Below, piece by piece: positions 1 through 8,298 of a DNA stretch of 8,784 nucleotides; within the stretch, counting starts at the first letter, position 1, and each line of letters begins with the position of its first letter. The position numbers and the translations under genes were made by a program. Under the pieces are notes generated by a model. It worked only from the letters and a program-made list of their open reading frames with translations, had not been told where the DNA came from and did no database searches. This DNA comes from Octopus sinensis (taxonomy: Eukaryota). The stretch covers positions 1 to 8,784 of the forward strand of contig NW_021828340.1 in the NCBI RefSeq assembly GCF_006345805.1. Reading direction: 5' to 3'.

Positions 1-180
1 CTGCGGTGGTGGGAATAACGTCTTTAACGTTTTTTTAAATTTTGCCTTTTTTATTAGGTCCAATGGTGTTCTGCCACTTTTGTTTTTACAGTAAAAGTTG
101 GCCCCGTGGTGGGCTAGGTAACTGGCAACCACCACGCCAGAGTACCTTTCTTCGCTTCCCAGTTTCAGATCCTTGCAGGA
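1..180 (-). CDS. Coding exon (runs to or past the window edge): SCKDLKLGSEERYSGVVVASYLAHHGANFYCKNKSGRTPLDLIKKAKFKKTLKTLFPPPQ; last ankyrin repeat and linker of a MIB2-like protein
   Basis: Acceptor tttcatcatttgtag|TCC at 182-181. Sixty open codons in phase 0, matching the donor at 3642. The motif YLA..GA.F..KN..G.TPLDL is typical of the terminal ankyrin repeat preceding the RING fingers of Mind bomb proteins. It is not in the ORF track. Confidence 0.9.
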
Positions 181-687
181 CTACAAATGATGAAATATAA
201 AATGATGAGTTAAAGATTACACAAACATATACTAAAGATGCCCCAAATTACACAACCGTTCAACTACATTTACACATAGTTTTGTTTCTCCAGTGATTAA
301 ACTATTCACACAGCGTTGATTTCTTACATCATCTCTTAGTTGAGTCCACTTTTCATTATCATTTGTTTTACTTTACGTTCTACATTAAGACAAAAATTAT
401 GATCATTATATTGAACAAAACGCACATTAGTGGTCAACGTTATTGCTTAACAATGATATTTAATGAGTAAATATTTACTTGCCAATCACAAATGTCACAA
501 ACTATTCAATAAAAACACAATATAAAGTTATTATAACATCAAGTCAAATATACAAAATATAAGGACAGAAATGTCACAATAATGAAAGACAACAAACCAA
601 CAAGAACCTATCTCTACAACTGGCTTGATAAAGCCAAATGGCCATAGCAAGAGAAATACTTACGGAAGAGTATTGTACATATAAGTA

Positions 688-1184
688 CTAGCTTAAGGTG
701 ACCCGCTCTACGCGTGGGTGAGGGTGTGATTGTTACTTTCTGTTGCTTCCTTTGTTTCTTATCGCCATATTCACCCTCTTTGTTCCTCTCTCCTTTCTCT
801 CTCGCATCCCCACTCTCTTACTCTTCCTTTATCTCGGACTCTCCCTCACTTTCTCTTGCTTTTTATCTTTCTCTATCTATCTATCTCCCATTTATAAAAA
901 ATTAGATTTCCGTGCTTAAATTACAAATCTTCTACTTTACCATGTTGAAAATTTGATTGAAATCGGGCAAAAGGTGTCCAATCTAAATCCCCAATTGTCC
1001 CCCAAAATCAATAAAATCCCTATTTTCACACCAAAACGACCACAGTAGCGCCCCAAAAGTCTCTCAAACAATTTCTCACCGCAAGTTACCCCCTTTTAAA
1101 TTGTAATCCCTTCCAGGCCCAATTACACATATTTTTACATAAAAATCCAATTTGTATCATCGTTCGCCTTCTTCATTTGATAGA
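688..1184 (-). mobile_element. Non-autonomous Helitron-like element
   Basis: On the minus strand: 5' TC at 1184-1183, imperfect GC-rich hairpin (plus acccgctctacgcgtgggt, 701-719) 9 nt before a CTAG terminus (691-688), followed by T. This is canonical TC...hairpin-CTRR|T Helitron architecture. It contains a CT-rich tract. Confidence 0.62.
737..890. repeat. Degenerate CT-rich low-complexity tract
   Basis: Run of tc/ttc/tcta-type units inside the Helitron-like element; explains the spurious ORF 714..905. Confidence 0.75.
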
Positions 1185-1808
1185 TTAGAAATACATACCC
1201 GGCCTTGTTCGGGATTAAAATAGTTTATTATTGTTTTACTCGTTTTGGTATTATAACCCGATTTCATTCGGGTCTAAGCGGGCCACATTTTAAAAGATGA
1301 GGAATTTTGCCCTAGAGTCCATGCCTTTCAATTGAGCAAATTCGAAGTTCCAATACAAAATCGCTAGCACTTTTAACATAGGTGTGCATATTTTTAGCCA
1401 AATCCAACCACATATGCACACAGTATATATATAAATTAACACAATATATCTGTTTAATAATATCTGTTATGACTGTGCGATGGAGGTGGGCGATATTAAT
1501 TCACCGTTCTAAAAGACCTGTGGCGAGAATATTTTAAACTTTTGCGGTTGTCATCGCTTTCTGTCTATAGATACAGACAGATGTACAGTGAGAGAGGTGG
1601 TGCAAGAAAGAGTGACAGAGAGACATCGTTATAGAGGGATCAAAAAATCACTCTTTTTGCCATAGCAACCACATCTTATAGCTTGCGAATTTTAACCATC
1701 GCGGGTCTCATTCTCACCACGCATTTAGTATCCTTGCCTCGGTTTGGTTGCCATTAACCTCCAAAGCAAAATGTGCATAAAATTTTCGTCAAAGGACTGT
1801 CTTATAGA
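1185..1808 (-). mobile_element. Second non-autonomous Helitron-like element abutting the first (5' boundary tentative)
   Basis: Minus-strand hairpin cccgaacaaggccggg (1213-1198), 9 nt spacer, then CTAA terminus (1188-1185). Candidate A|TC start at 1809|1808 (tctataagacagtcc). A second, perfect hairpin acccga/tcgggt lies at 1256-1273. Confidence 0.48.
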
Positions 1809-1944
1809 TATGAATAACACCACAAATAATATAAGTTATACCAGAAAAGAGAACAGCAACAACATAGCAAGGCCTTCAGACATAACAACTAAATCAACAC
1901 CACATAGACATATCCACGCAGATCAATAATGTTTCTTTAATTAA

Positions 1945-2546
1945 GTGGATTGGAGAGAAAAACAGGTTATATAAGGCATCGGATTTTGTGCGCAAGAGAG
2001 AAGTCTACCATGGTATGGTTATGTGATGCATATGGATGAAGATAGCTTCATCAAGAAGTGGTGATCTCTCATTGTGGAGGGAATGTGTGGAGGGGGTAGA
2101 CCGAGAAAGACGTGCAATAATGTGGTGAGAAAGGACCGTCAGACGTTGGGCCTCACAGAGGAGATGAAATGGGAGCGATACTTTTAGCAGTCTGCTGTAC
2201 TTGAGATAATATGCCAAGCTAAGTCGTCGTTGTCCTTGCATACTGTCATGACCCCTGTATCATTCTTCGTCTGAGATATCCTAATCTTGTGGGATCATGG
2301 GTGCTGATGCTTCGGAAAAATCACCCATGCTGGTGTCACATACAAATATCCGTGTCGGTGCTGCAGAAAAGCACGCAGTACATTATGTAAATTGGGTGGC
2401 ATTAGGAAGGACGTCCAACTGTCGAAACCATGCGAAAAGAGATATGGAGCCCAGGTAGCTTTTCAGCTGACCAGCTTCTGTCAAAGCGTCGAACCCATGC
2501 CAGCTTTGAAAACAGTCGATACATTATGATGATGATGATGATGATG
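1945..2546 (+). mobile_element. 5'-truncated RTE-clade LINE: degenerate ORF C-terminus, 3' UTR and (GAT)n tail
   Basis: Decayed translation resembling QERSLPWYGYVMHMDEDSFIKKW*SLIVEGMCGGGRPRKTCNNVVRKD, matching the RTE RL.W.GH..R / R.RGRPR..W C-terminus. (GAT)n tail at 2526-2546. AATTAA duplicated at 1939-1944 and 2547-2552. Homologous to ~6090-6809. Confidence 0.88.
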
Positions 2547-2789
2547 AATTAATAAGGAAACATCTTTTGATGAAGAAAGTGAAGTAAGGGAAGTAAGAAT
2601 CGGTGTCACAGTTGAGGCAGAACACCAACGCATAGTTGATAATTTGTTCAGTGTTAGTCTGATGGACTATTCCAGTAGGTGGGGAGGTCGCTGGCTGTCA
2701 GAGTAGGTTCCTCTCACCAAAGTAGACATTACAACAATACACAGATGACCATCAACTGCCTGAATAGTAGTCAGCCATCTGTAGTGAGC

Positions 2790-3129
2790 TTTATTCATAT
2801 GGGAATAGCCCAATGTCATATTTCAAAACTAACGCAGCGAAAATTTTGAAAAGTTCCCCCAGTTCTGAAAAAAATCGATAAATTCGACATGGAGTCGAGA
2901 ATCTAAACTTTTTATATGCAACACATCTGTCTAGAGGACGCAACTCGACCTTTTTATCGCCCAACGGGACAGCTAGGAATATCGTATACACAGAAGTATT
3001 CGAGTGAAGAGAAGATATTGCAACCTACACATGCGCCTTCGTTCCCTAGAGGGAAAGGACTAGATTGGGATTAGTCGTTGCCTACTAGGGGCTCTTACAT
3101 ACCCAGGCAATGCCGGGCTATGCTGCTAG
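2790..3129 (+). mobile_element. Non-autonomous Helitron-like element (3' end clear, 5' end approximate)
   Basis: Hairpin cccaggcaatgccggg (3102-3117), 8 nt spacer, then CTAG (3126-3129) followed by T. The hairpin is of the same CCCG..CAA.GCCGGG type as the element ending at 1185. Confidence 0.58.
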
Positions 3130-3566
3130 TTTTATATAAAAGAAATGTGACAGAGAGCTGTTTCAGGCAGAATTCTTCATGGAATGGACAAGATGTATTT
3201 ATTATCATGGCACCAGCACTATAAATGTTACTGTCTATCATATGAACCTCTCTTCTACCCAGTATCATTGCTAATTCAGAATAATATCTCCTGTCTTGAA
3301 TAGATCATTTCTCCTTCAAATTTTGATGACCGTGTTTGTATGGCCAACATTCGAGATGGATCACCTTCTCTACCATGGAGAGGTCGTGCCTTTGAGGACG
3401 GAAGGGGACGGAATAGAGAATAGTGTTTGTTACATAATAATATAACTAAGGGTTACCATTGTGACTGGATCAGGAATGGTAATGGAGGATGGGGTTGGTA
3501 GGTGAGAATTGCGATACAAACAATGTCTGTTTCTGTCTGTCTTTCTCTGTCTGTTTGTCTATTTTA

Positions 3567-3615
3567 CACACACACCAGACGCACAAATGCACACAGCCAT
3601 ACACACACACACACA
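3567..3615. repeat. Interrupted (CA)n microsatellite, (UG)n in the pre-mRNA, just downstream of the exon donor
   Basis: acacacacac...acacacacacacaca seen directly. Confidence 0.8.
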
Positions 3616-3641
3616 TAGTCACAAACAATGTGAAAACTTAC

Positions 3642-3848
3642 CTGATCTAACATGGTCATGTGCTCCACCTCAGAATGAAAGTCTCTTTTTAACGCCAGAT
3701 GCAGGCAATTATTTCCTCCATGGTCGACGGCATTTACATTCGCGTCCCTGGCTATCAGCCGCTGCATTATTCCGAGGTGACCGTCCGAAACAGCTTCAAG
3801 CAATGGTGTCCTGTATTCTTTGTTCACAATTTCTAAATTCACTGAATC
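3642..3848 (-). CDS. 207-nt coding exon, ankyrin repeats: DSVNLEIVNKEYRTPLLEAVSDGHLGIMQRLIARDANVNAVDHGGNNCLHLALKRDFHSEVEHMTMLDQ (MIB2-like ankyrin protein)
   Basis: Ankyrin consensus (TPLLEAV..GHL.I...LI...ANVNAVD..GN..LHLA). Acceptor ttttcattttccatttttacctccacaaag|GAT at 3850-3849. Strong donor CAG|gtaagt at 3641-3636. Phase 0-0. Lies within ORF 3564..3842. Confidence 0.93.
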
Positions 3849-4317
3849 CTTTGTGGAGGTAAAAATGGAAAATGAAAATTTACATGAAAATCAGGGTTGA
3901 TATCAATGTCATTACAGTTTTCTACTGGGTACTAGATTAAACTGATCAAATACATTTGATGTTTGTCAGTGAAATAATCTTCCATAAGGACCTTCTATAA
4001 CCTGATACATGTGGTGTTAGAGACATGATAAACATATTAAGATGTCCTACATTTGCCCCTCACTATAGAAAGTTGTAGGGCAACAGAACTAGAGTAAACA
4101 CATGATTAGCAGATCAAGTCAAGTAAAGAAGAATTATAATTCCTAATGTTTACTTTTGACGTTGCTACATTAATAAGGGGTTCATAAAACTGCTGAGCCG
4201 GTTAGCGTCCACATGCATAAAACTAATGCGCACGCACGCACACACACATAAACATCAGTGTTACATATATAAATACATATAATGAATTGGGGAAACGGAG
4301 TTCACGAGAATATGCAT

Positions 4318-4416
4318 CACAACGACCGTTTCGACCCATCTTGCATCGGTCGCTTGCGGGTGGGCTACTATACATGTTGTGTTGCATCCTCCAGTGCAGA
4401 TGCATCTCATCGGGTA
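4318..4416 (-). ncRNA. Degenerate minimal type I hammerhead ribozyme-like motif (sense to the host pre-mRNA)
   Basis: Minus strand reads UAC-CCGAUGA-[stem II GAUGCAUCU-GCACUGG...CCGAUGCAAGAUGGGUC]-GAAA-C-GGUC-G-UU-GUG. The core differs from CUGAUGA by U to C. Stem III is 1 bp with a tetraloop, as in Penelope-like element ribozymes. Confidence 0.5.
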
Positions 4417-4582
4417 CCTTGTTTTAATGTAAAGATACCTCACTAAATATATTCAGTTTCACTTGACATGTTGTTGCTAGGAGCTTCTTGGATAACAACA
4501 TGAGAGACAACAGCCTTCTGGCAACAACAACATTCCAAGCGAAACCGAATATATTTACAGAGGTATCTTCTTTAAAAGAAGA

Positions 4583-4693
4583 CACCCGATGACATGCATC
4601 TGCACCGGAGGATGTACCACAACCAGTTATACAATATCCTACCTGCAAGGGACCGATACAAGATGGATTGAAACAATCGTTGCGATGAATAAA
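4583..4693 (+). ncRNA. Second, more decayed hammerhead-like motif followed by AATAAA
   Basis: CAC-CCGATGA (4586-4592)...GAAA (4670-4673)-C-AATC-G-TT-GCG, then AATAAA at 4688-4693. Mirror copy of 4318-4416. Confidence 0.42.
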
Positions 4694-4922
4694 GATTCTC
4701 ATTAACTCCATTTTCTGCTTCCCTCATTCATTATAAACTGAACGAACACTGCAGAAAACATGAGGTAGATCCAGTGTCACTTATAGCTCAACTGTGGATG
4801 ACATGAGGTAACCGAATCAGCGAAAGAGCTTTAAGGGGTATACTTCTAAATGTATACCCAAATTCCAAATAATTACAAATACATACACACGCACACACAC
4901 TCACCACACACACACAACCATA

Positions 4923-6809
4923 CAGGGAAGATGATGCCTTGGACGGGAAGAATTACAGAAGTATCAAACTATTAGATGAAGCAATAAAATTACTGAGAGG
5001 GTCACAGACAAAATAATTAGGATGTGTGTTAGACTAGAAGAGATGCAATTTGGTTTTGTGCCACAGCGAAGAACCTCTGATGCTATATTCCTGGTAAGGC
5101 AGCTGCAGGAGAAGTACAAAGCCAAAGATAAACTCTTGTACTGGGCCTTTGTTAAACACGGAGAAAGGCTTTGACAGGATCCCTTGATCCCTTATTTGGC
5201 GGTCACTGCAAAAACTAGGGATGGACGAATGGTTGGTGAGAGCGTTACAAGCCATGTACAGGGATGCTGTCAGTAAGGTGAGGTTTGGCATCGTGTGTAG
5301 CAATGAATTAGGGTACAAGTAGGGGTTCACTATGGATTAGTCCTTAGCTCCTTCCTGTTTATCAGAGTCCTCCAGGCAATAACAGAGGAATTTAAGATGA
5401 ACTGCTTCTAGGAGATCCCCAATGCTGATGACCTTGTTATCATAGCCGAATAACTTTCAGAACTAGGTAAATTTTAGGTATATCAGTAAGGACTAGAACC
5501 AAAGGACCCTAAACTTAGTCTAACAAAAACCAGTCTTGGTAAGTAGGAAAGCGGACAATTCACAAATCCCCTTAGGAAGATGGCACTGTTCGATCTGTAG
5601 AAAAAGCGTAGGTAGGAAGTTCATAAGATGTGCCCAGTGTAAGGTATGGACACATAAGTGTTGCAGCAATATCAGAGGAAGGTTAACAAGGATAATAGTT
5701 TTTTCTGTTTGGAAGGTGCACAGGTACAATAAACAGCACAAATGTAGAGAAAATAGAGCCCATCAATTGCCAGGTAAGTAAGCTACTGGGAGTTGATAGT
5801 TTCCGCTATCTAGGTGGCCAAGTCAGGAGTGTGGTTTGTTCTTCCTTGAGTGTAGCTGCAAGAATAAGAATAAGACGTGCAAAGTTCAGAGTGATCTTAA
5901 CTCTAATGGTAACAAAGAGCGTCTCCCTGAGATTGAATGGCAGACGTTATGATGCCTGTGTGTAAACAACTATGTTACATGTCAGTGAAACATGGGATGT
6001 GACCTCTCTGAGGACTTCCATAGGCTTGAAAGAAATGAAGCCAGTATGCCTCGCTGGATGTACAATCTCAGTGTGCATGTACGACAGAGTATAGGAGTCT
6101 TGAGAGAAAAGCTGAGCATTGAAGACATCAAATAGGGTGTGCAAGAGAGACGTCTGCGTTGGTATGGTCTTGCGATGTGTATGGACATGAACCTGTGTCA
6201 AAAAGTGCCGATCTCTAACTGTGGAAGGATCCTTTGGAAGACGGAGACCCAAGAAGACTTTCGATGAGTTGATGAAGAATGATCTCCAACCGTTGGACAT
6301 CATAGAGGAGATGACAAGTGACCGAGAGTCCTGGTGATATTCTCTGCGGGAGAGGACATGTCAGGCCAAGTGACGATAAGGATGTGGTCGTGCCAGTGTC
6401 CTATAGTGGCAGCCGTGCATCATAGCCGTGGCTGTTCGCTTCCGGTGCCATGTCAATGAAACCTGGGTATCATAGTTGTGGTCACCGATGGTGCCATGTA
6501 AATTGGCACCTGGGAATTATCGTCGTTGGTGGTGCCATTTAAATGGCAACCATCCGTGAATCGTAGTCGTGGCCATTGTCGGTGTCATGCAAGTGGCACC
6601 CGTGCCGGTGGCATGTGAAACGCCAATTACACACCAGGGGTGGTTGGCATTAGGAAGGACATCAAGCTGTAGAAACTATGCCAAATCAGACAGGAACGTG
6701 GGGCAGCTCACCGACTCATAATCTCCTGTCAAACCAGCCGACACATGCCAGTATGGTGAGTGGATGTTAAATGATGATAATGATGACGATGATGGTGATG
6801 ACGATGATG
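4923..6809 (+). mobile_element. 5'-truncated, pseudogenised RTE-clade LINE: RT domain, PHD-like insert, C-terminus, 3' UTR and (GAT/GAC)n tail
   Basis: RT motifs across frameshifts: NYRSIKLL, EMQFGFVP..RTSDAIFLVRQLQEKY, GLVLSSFLF, NADDLVIIAE (YADD mutated, 5421-5432), VDSFRYLG, QERRLRWYG, GRRRPKKTF. Stop near 6371-6373 and tail at 6771-6809. Many stops and frameshifts. Confidence 0.95.
6395..6625 (+). repeat. Degenerate tandem array of GGTGCCA-N6/7-TGGCACC hairpin units in the RTE 3' UTR
   Basis: Units start at about 6395, 6444, 6490, 6531, 6581 and 6607. A perfect 7-bp stem lies at 6490-6510 and the palindrome tgccatttaaatggca at 6533-6548. Confidence 0.75.
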
Positions 6810-6878
6810 GCTATAACGCACAAATAGAGACATAGACATACACAAATATGAAAATAACAATCAAAATTATCATTGGTT

Positions 6879-6911
6879 AAAAAAAAAAAAATATATATAT
6901 ATATATATATA
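6879..6911. repeat. Poly(A) run followed by (AT)n
   Basis: Seen directly. Confidence 0.85.
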
Positions 6912-7005
6912 CATGTGTATATTTAGGGCTAAAAACCACTATGTGGACAGCCATGTGCTAGAAGAAGATCACATACGATCTAACCATAAATCCATGCATC
7001 TCCAG

Positions 7006-7228
7006 TACATATATATATATGTATGTATATGTCTCTATGTATGTATATGTATATAGACTTATACATAATATATATATGTATGTATATATTATATATATAA
7101 TATATTTATATATATATATATTATATAATATATATATAATATATATTATATATATATATATATATAGACATATATATATATATATACATATAATATATAT
7201 GTATATATATATACATATATATATATAC

Positions 7229-7296
<68 letters not shown>

Positions 7297-7338
7297 CTAT
7301 GTCTATACATATATACATATGTGTATGTATGTATGTAT
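7006..7338. repeat. Long compound (TA)n/(TATG)n microsatellite
   Basis: About 330 bp of TA/TATG/TACA units; source of the YI-repeat ORFs. Confidence 0.97.
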
Positions 7339-7844
7339 GGCATGTCAGACGACCTTGACTACTGGGGTAGACTAGAGAAGCTGAAATTGTATTCACTCCA
7401 ACGACACCGTGAACGCTACATTATCTGTATGATGTGGAAAATATTCCATCAGCACTGTCCGAATGATGTTGGCATCACCTTCAAAATACATCCAAGGCTT
7501 GGACCACGTGCCATCGTCCACAGCAAAAATCTAAATCGCATCACATAACGACAATACGGCACAACTATTTCACCTCAATTGGACCCGCTCTCTTCAACAT
7601 TACACCAGGACACGTCAAAAAAGAAACTGACCACACAAAATTCAAGAAGTCTTTGGACAAATTCCTTCAAACAGTACCGGACAAACCACCCACACTCGGA
7701 TATGTCTCCGCAAACAATAACTCTCTGCTCGAATGGGCCTTGGTGCCCAAATCCTGAACTGAAAGACTTCGCCAGGTGGTGCTATTAAGTTAGACATGGC
7801 TTGGGCCAATACTGGTCAAAACCTTTCTAAGTTATTCTAAGTTA
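7339..7844 (+). mobile_element. 5'-truncated CR1-clade LINE 3' end
   Basis: [59 protein letters not shown], one frameshift near 7515, then [80 protein letters not shown] (stop 7755-7757). LYSL.R.R and FK..LDKFL are CR1 ORF2 C-terminal motifs. Terminal (TTCTAAGTTA)x2 at 7825-7844. Confidence 0.88.
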
Positions 7845-7896
7845 TGTATGTATATATATTACACAGAAATGAGTACAACAACCCCATACATATATA

Positions 7897-8261
7897 CATG
7901 GTTGTAGATAAGAAGCTTTTTTCCCAACCATACACGGTTCTACGTTGAATCCCTCTGCATGCAAACTCAGGCAAGTATATTCCACTCTTACCTAGAGCTG
8001 AACAAAATCTTGTTAGTGGATTTGGTAAATGAAAACTGAAAGAAGCTTCATAATAGCTGTGTGCCTATGTATGTGTTGTGTGAGTGTTTGTGTATGTGTG
8101 GTGTGTGTGTGTGTGTGGTGTGTGTGTGTGTGTAGTGGTACAGCAAAGAGGCTGAAAGGATAAGTGGTATGCTTAAAATAATAAAAGTACTGGGATCGAT
8201 ACAGTAGACCAAAAATTCAAGGTGATGCCCCAGCATGACCGCAGTCAAATGCCTGAAACAA

Positions 8262-8265
<4 letters not shown>
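7897..8265 (+). mobile_element. Decayed tRNA-derived SINE with internal (TG)n, of the kind abundant in Octopus
   Basis: Degenerate A box (tggttgtagataag, ~7899) and B box (gttgaatcc, 7944-7952). Body agtggatttggtaaatgaaaactgaaagaagc, (TG)n at 8058-8133, and 3' part ccccagcatgaccgcagtcaaatgcctgaaaca. Family assignment is from recalled consensus, not a database hit. Confidence 0.75.

Positions 8266-8294
<29 letters not shown>
8265..8294. repeat. (AT)n microsatellite
   Basis: Pure AT dinucleotide run at the SINE 3' end. Confidence 0.95.

Positions 8295-8298
<4 letters not shown>

Larger units (their letters stand above)
181..3641 (-). other. GT-AG intron (3461 nt), phase 0
   Basis: Donor gtaagt at 3641-3636 and acceptor tag at 183-181; the flanking exons join in frame. 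Confidence 0.87.
4278..4735. repeat. Long imperfect inverted repeat (arms ~4278-4490 and ~4508-4735, ~17-nt loop); probable inverted Penelope-like pLTR pair
   Basis: The reverse complement of the right arm aligns to the left arm end to end, e.g. catcctccagtgcagatgcatctcatcgggt vs catcctccggtgcagatgcatgtcatcgggt, and taaatatattcagtttc vs taaatatattcggtttc. Roughly 80% identity by eye. Confidence 0.9.

Noticed and set aside
714-905. 63-aa Ser/Leu/Phe-rich ORF
   Set aside because: Product of the CT-rich low-complexity tract.
3135-3520. Higher-complexity stretch (also 2570-2790) that might be an extra exon or an old transposon
   Set aside because: I found no convincing frame, splice pair or terminal motif by eye, and the flanking exons already join well. 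A repeat-library search would be needed.
3564-3842. ORF as a stand-alone 92-aa gene
   Set aside because: It starts at GTG inside an exon, and the tail after ...MLDQ is intronic (TG)n read-through past a GTAAGT donor.
3841-3845. Alternative acceptor TTCAG at 3843-3842
   Set aside because: It would put the ankyrin exon out of frame with the phase-0 donor at 8567, whereas the AAG at 3851-3849 keeps the frame.
3509-3862. 117-aa plus-strand ORF
   Set aside because: Antisense shadow of the ankyrin exon plus simple repeats; no recognisable motif.
4223-4711. Three short minus-strand ORFs
   Set aside because: They fall within the fold-back, and their frames are not preserved between the two arms.
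5034-6303. Minus-strand ORFs 5034..5330, 5520..5741, 5947..6303 and 5982..6188 (also 2005..2241)
   Set aside because: Antisense to decayed RTE coding sequence.
6395-6625. CRISPR-like palindromic repeat/spacer array
   Set aside because: Repeats are degenerate, the spacers resemble each other (atcatagccgtgg / atcatagttgtgg / atcgtagtcgtgg), it lies in a LINE 3' UTR in eukaryotic DNA, and there are no cas genes.
4905-6830. Target-site duplication for the long RTE copy
   Set aside because: No matching direct repeat is visible at the two flanks.
6958-7396. Four ORFs encoding YI-repeat peptides
   Set aside because: Translations of the (TA)n microsatellite.
7579-7788. 69-aa plus-strand ORF
   Set aside because: Wrong frame; the CR1 protein continues in the frame ending at TGA 7755-7757.
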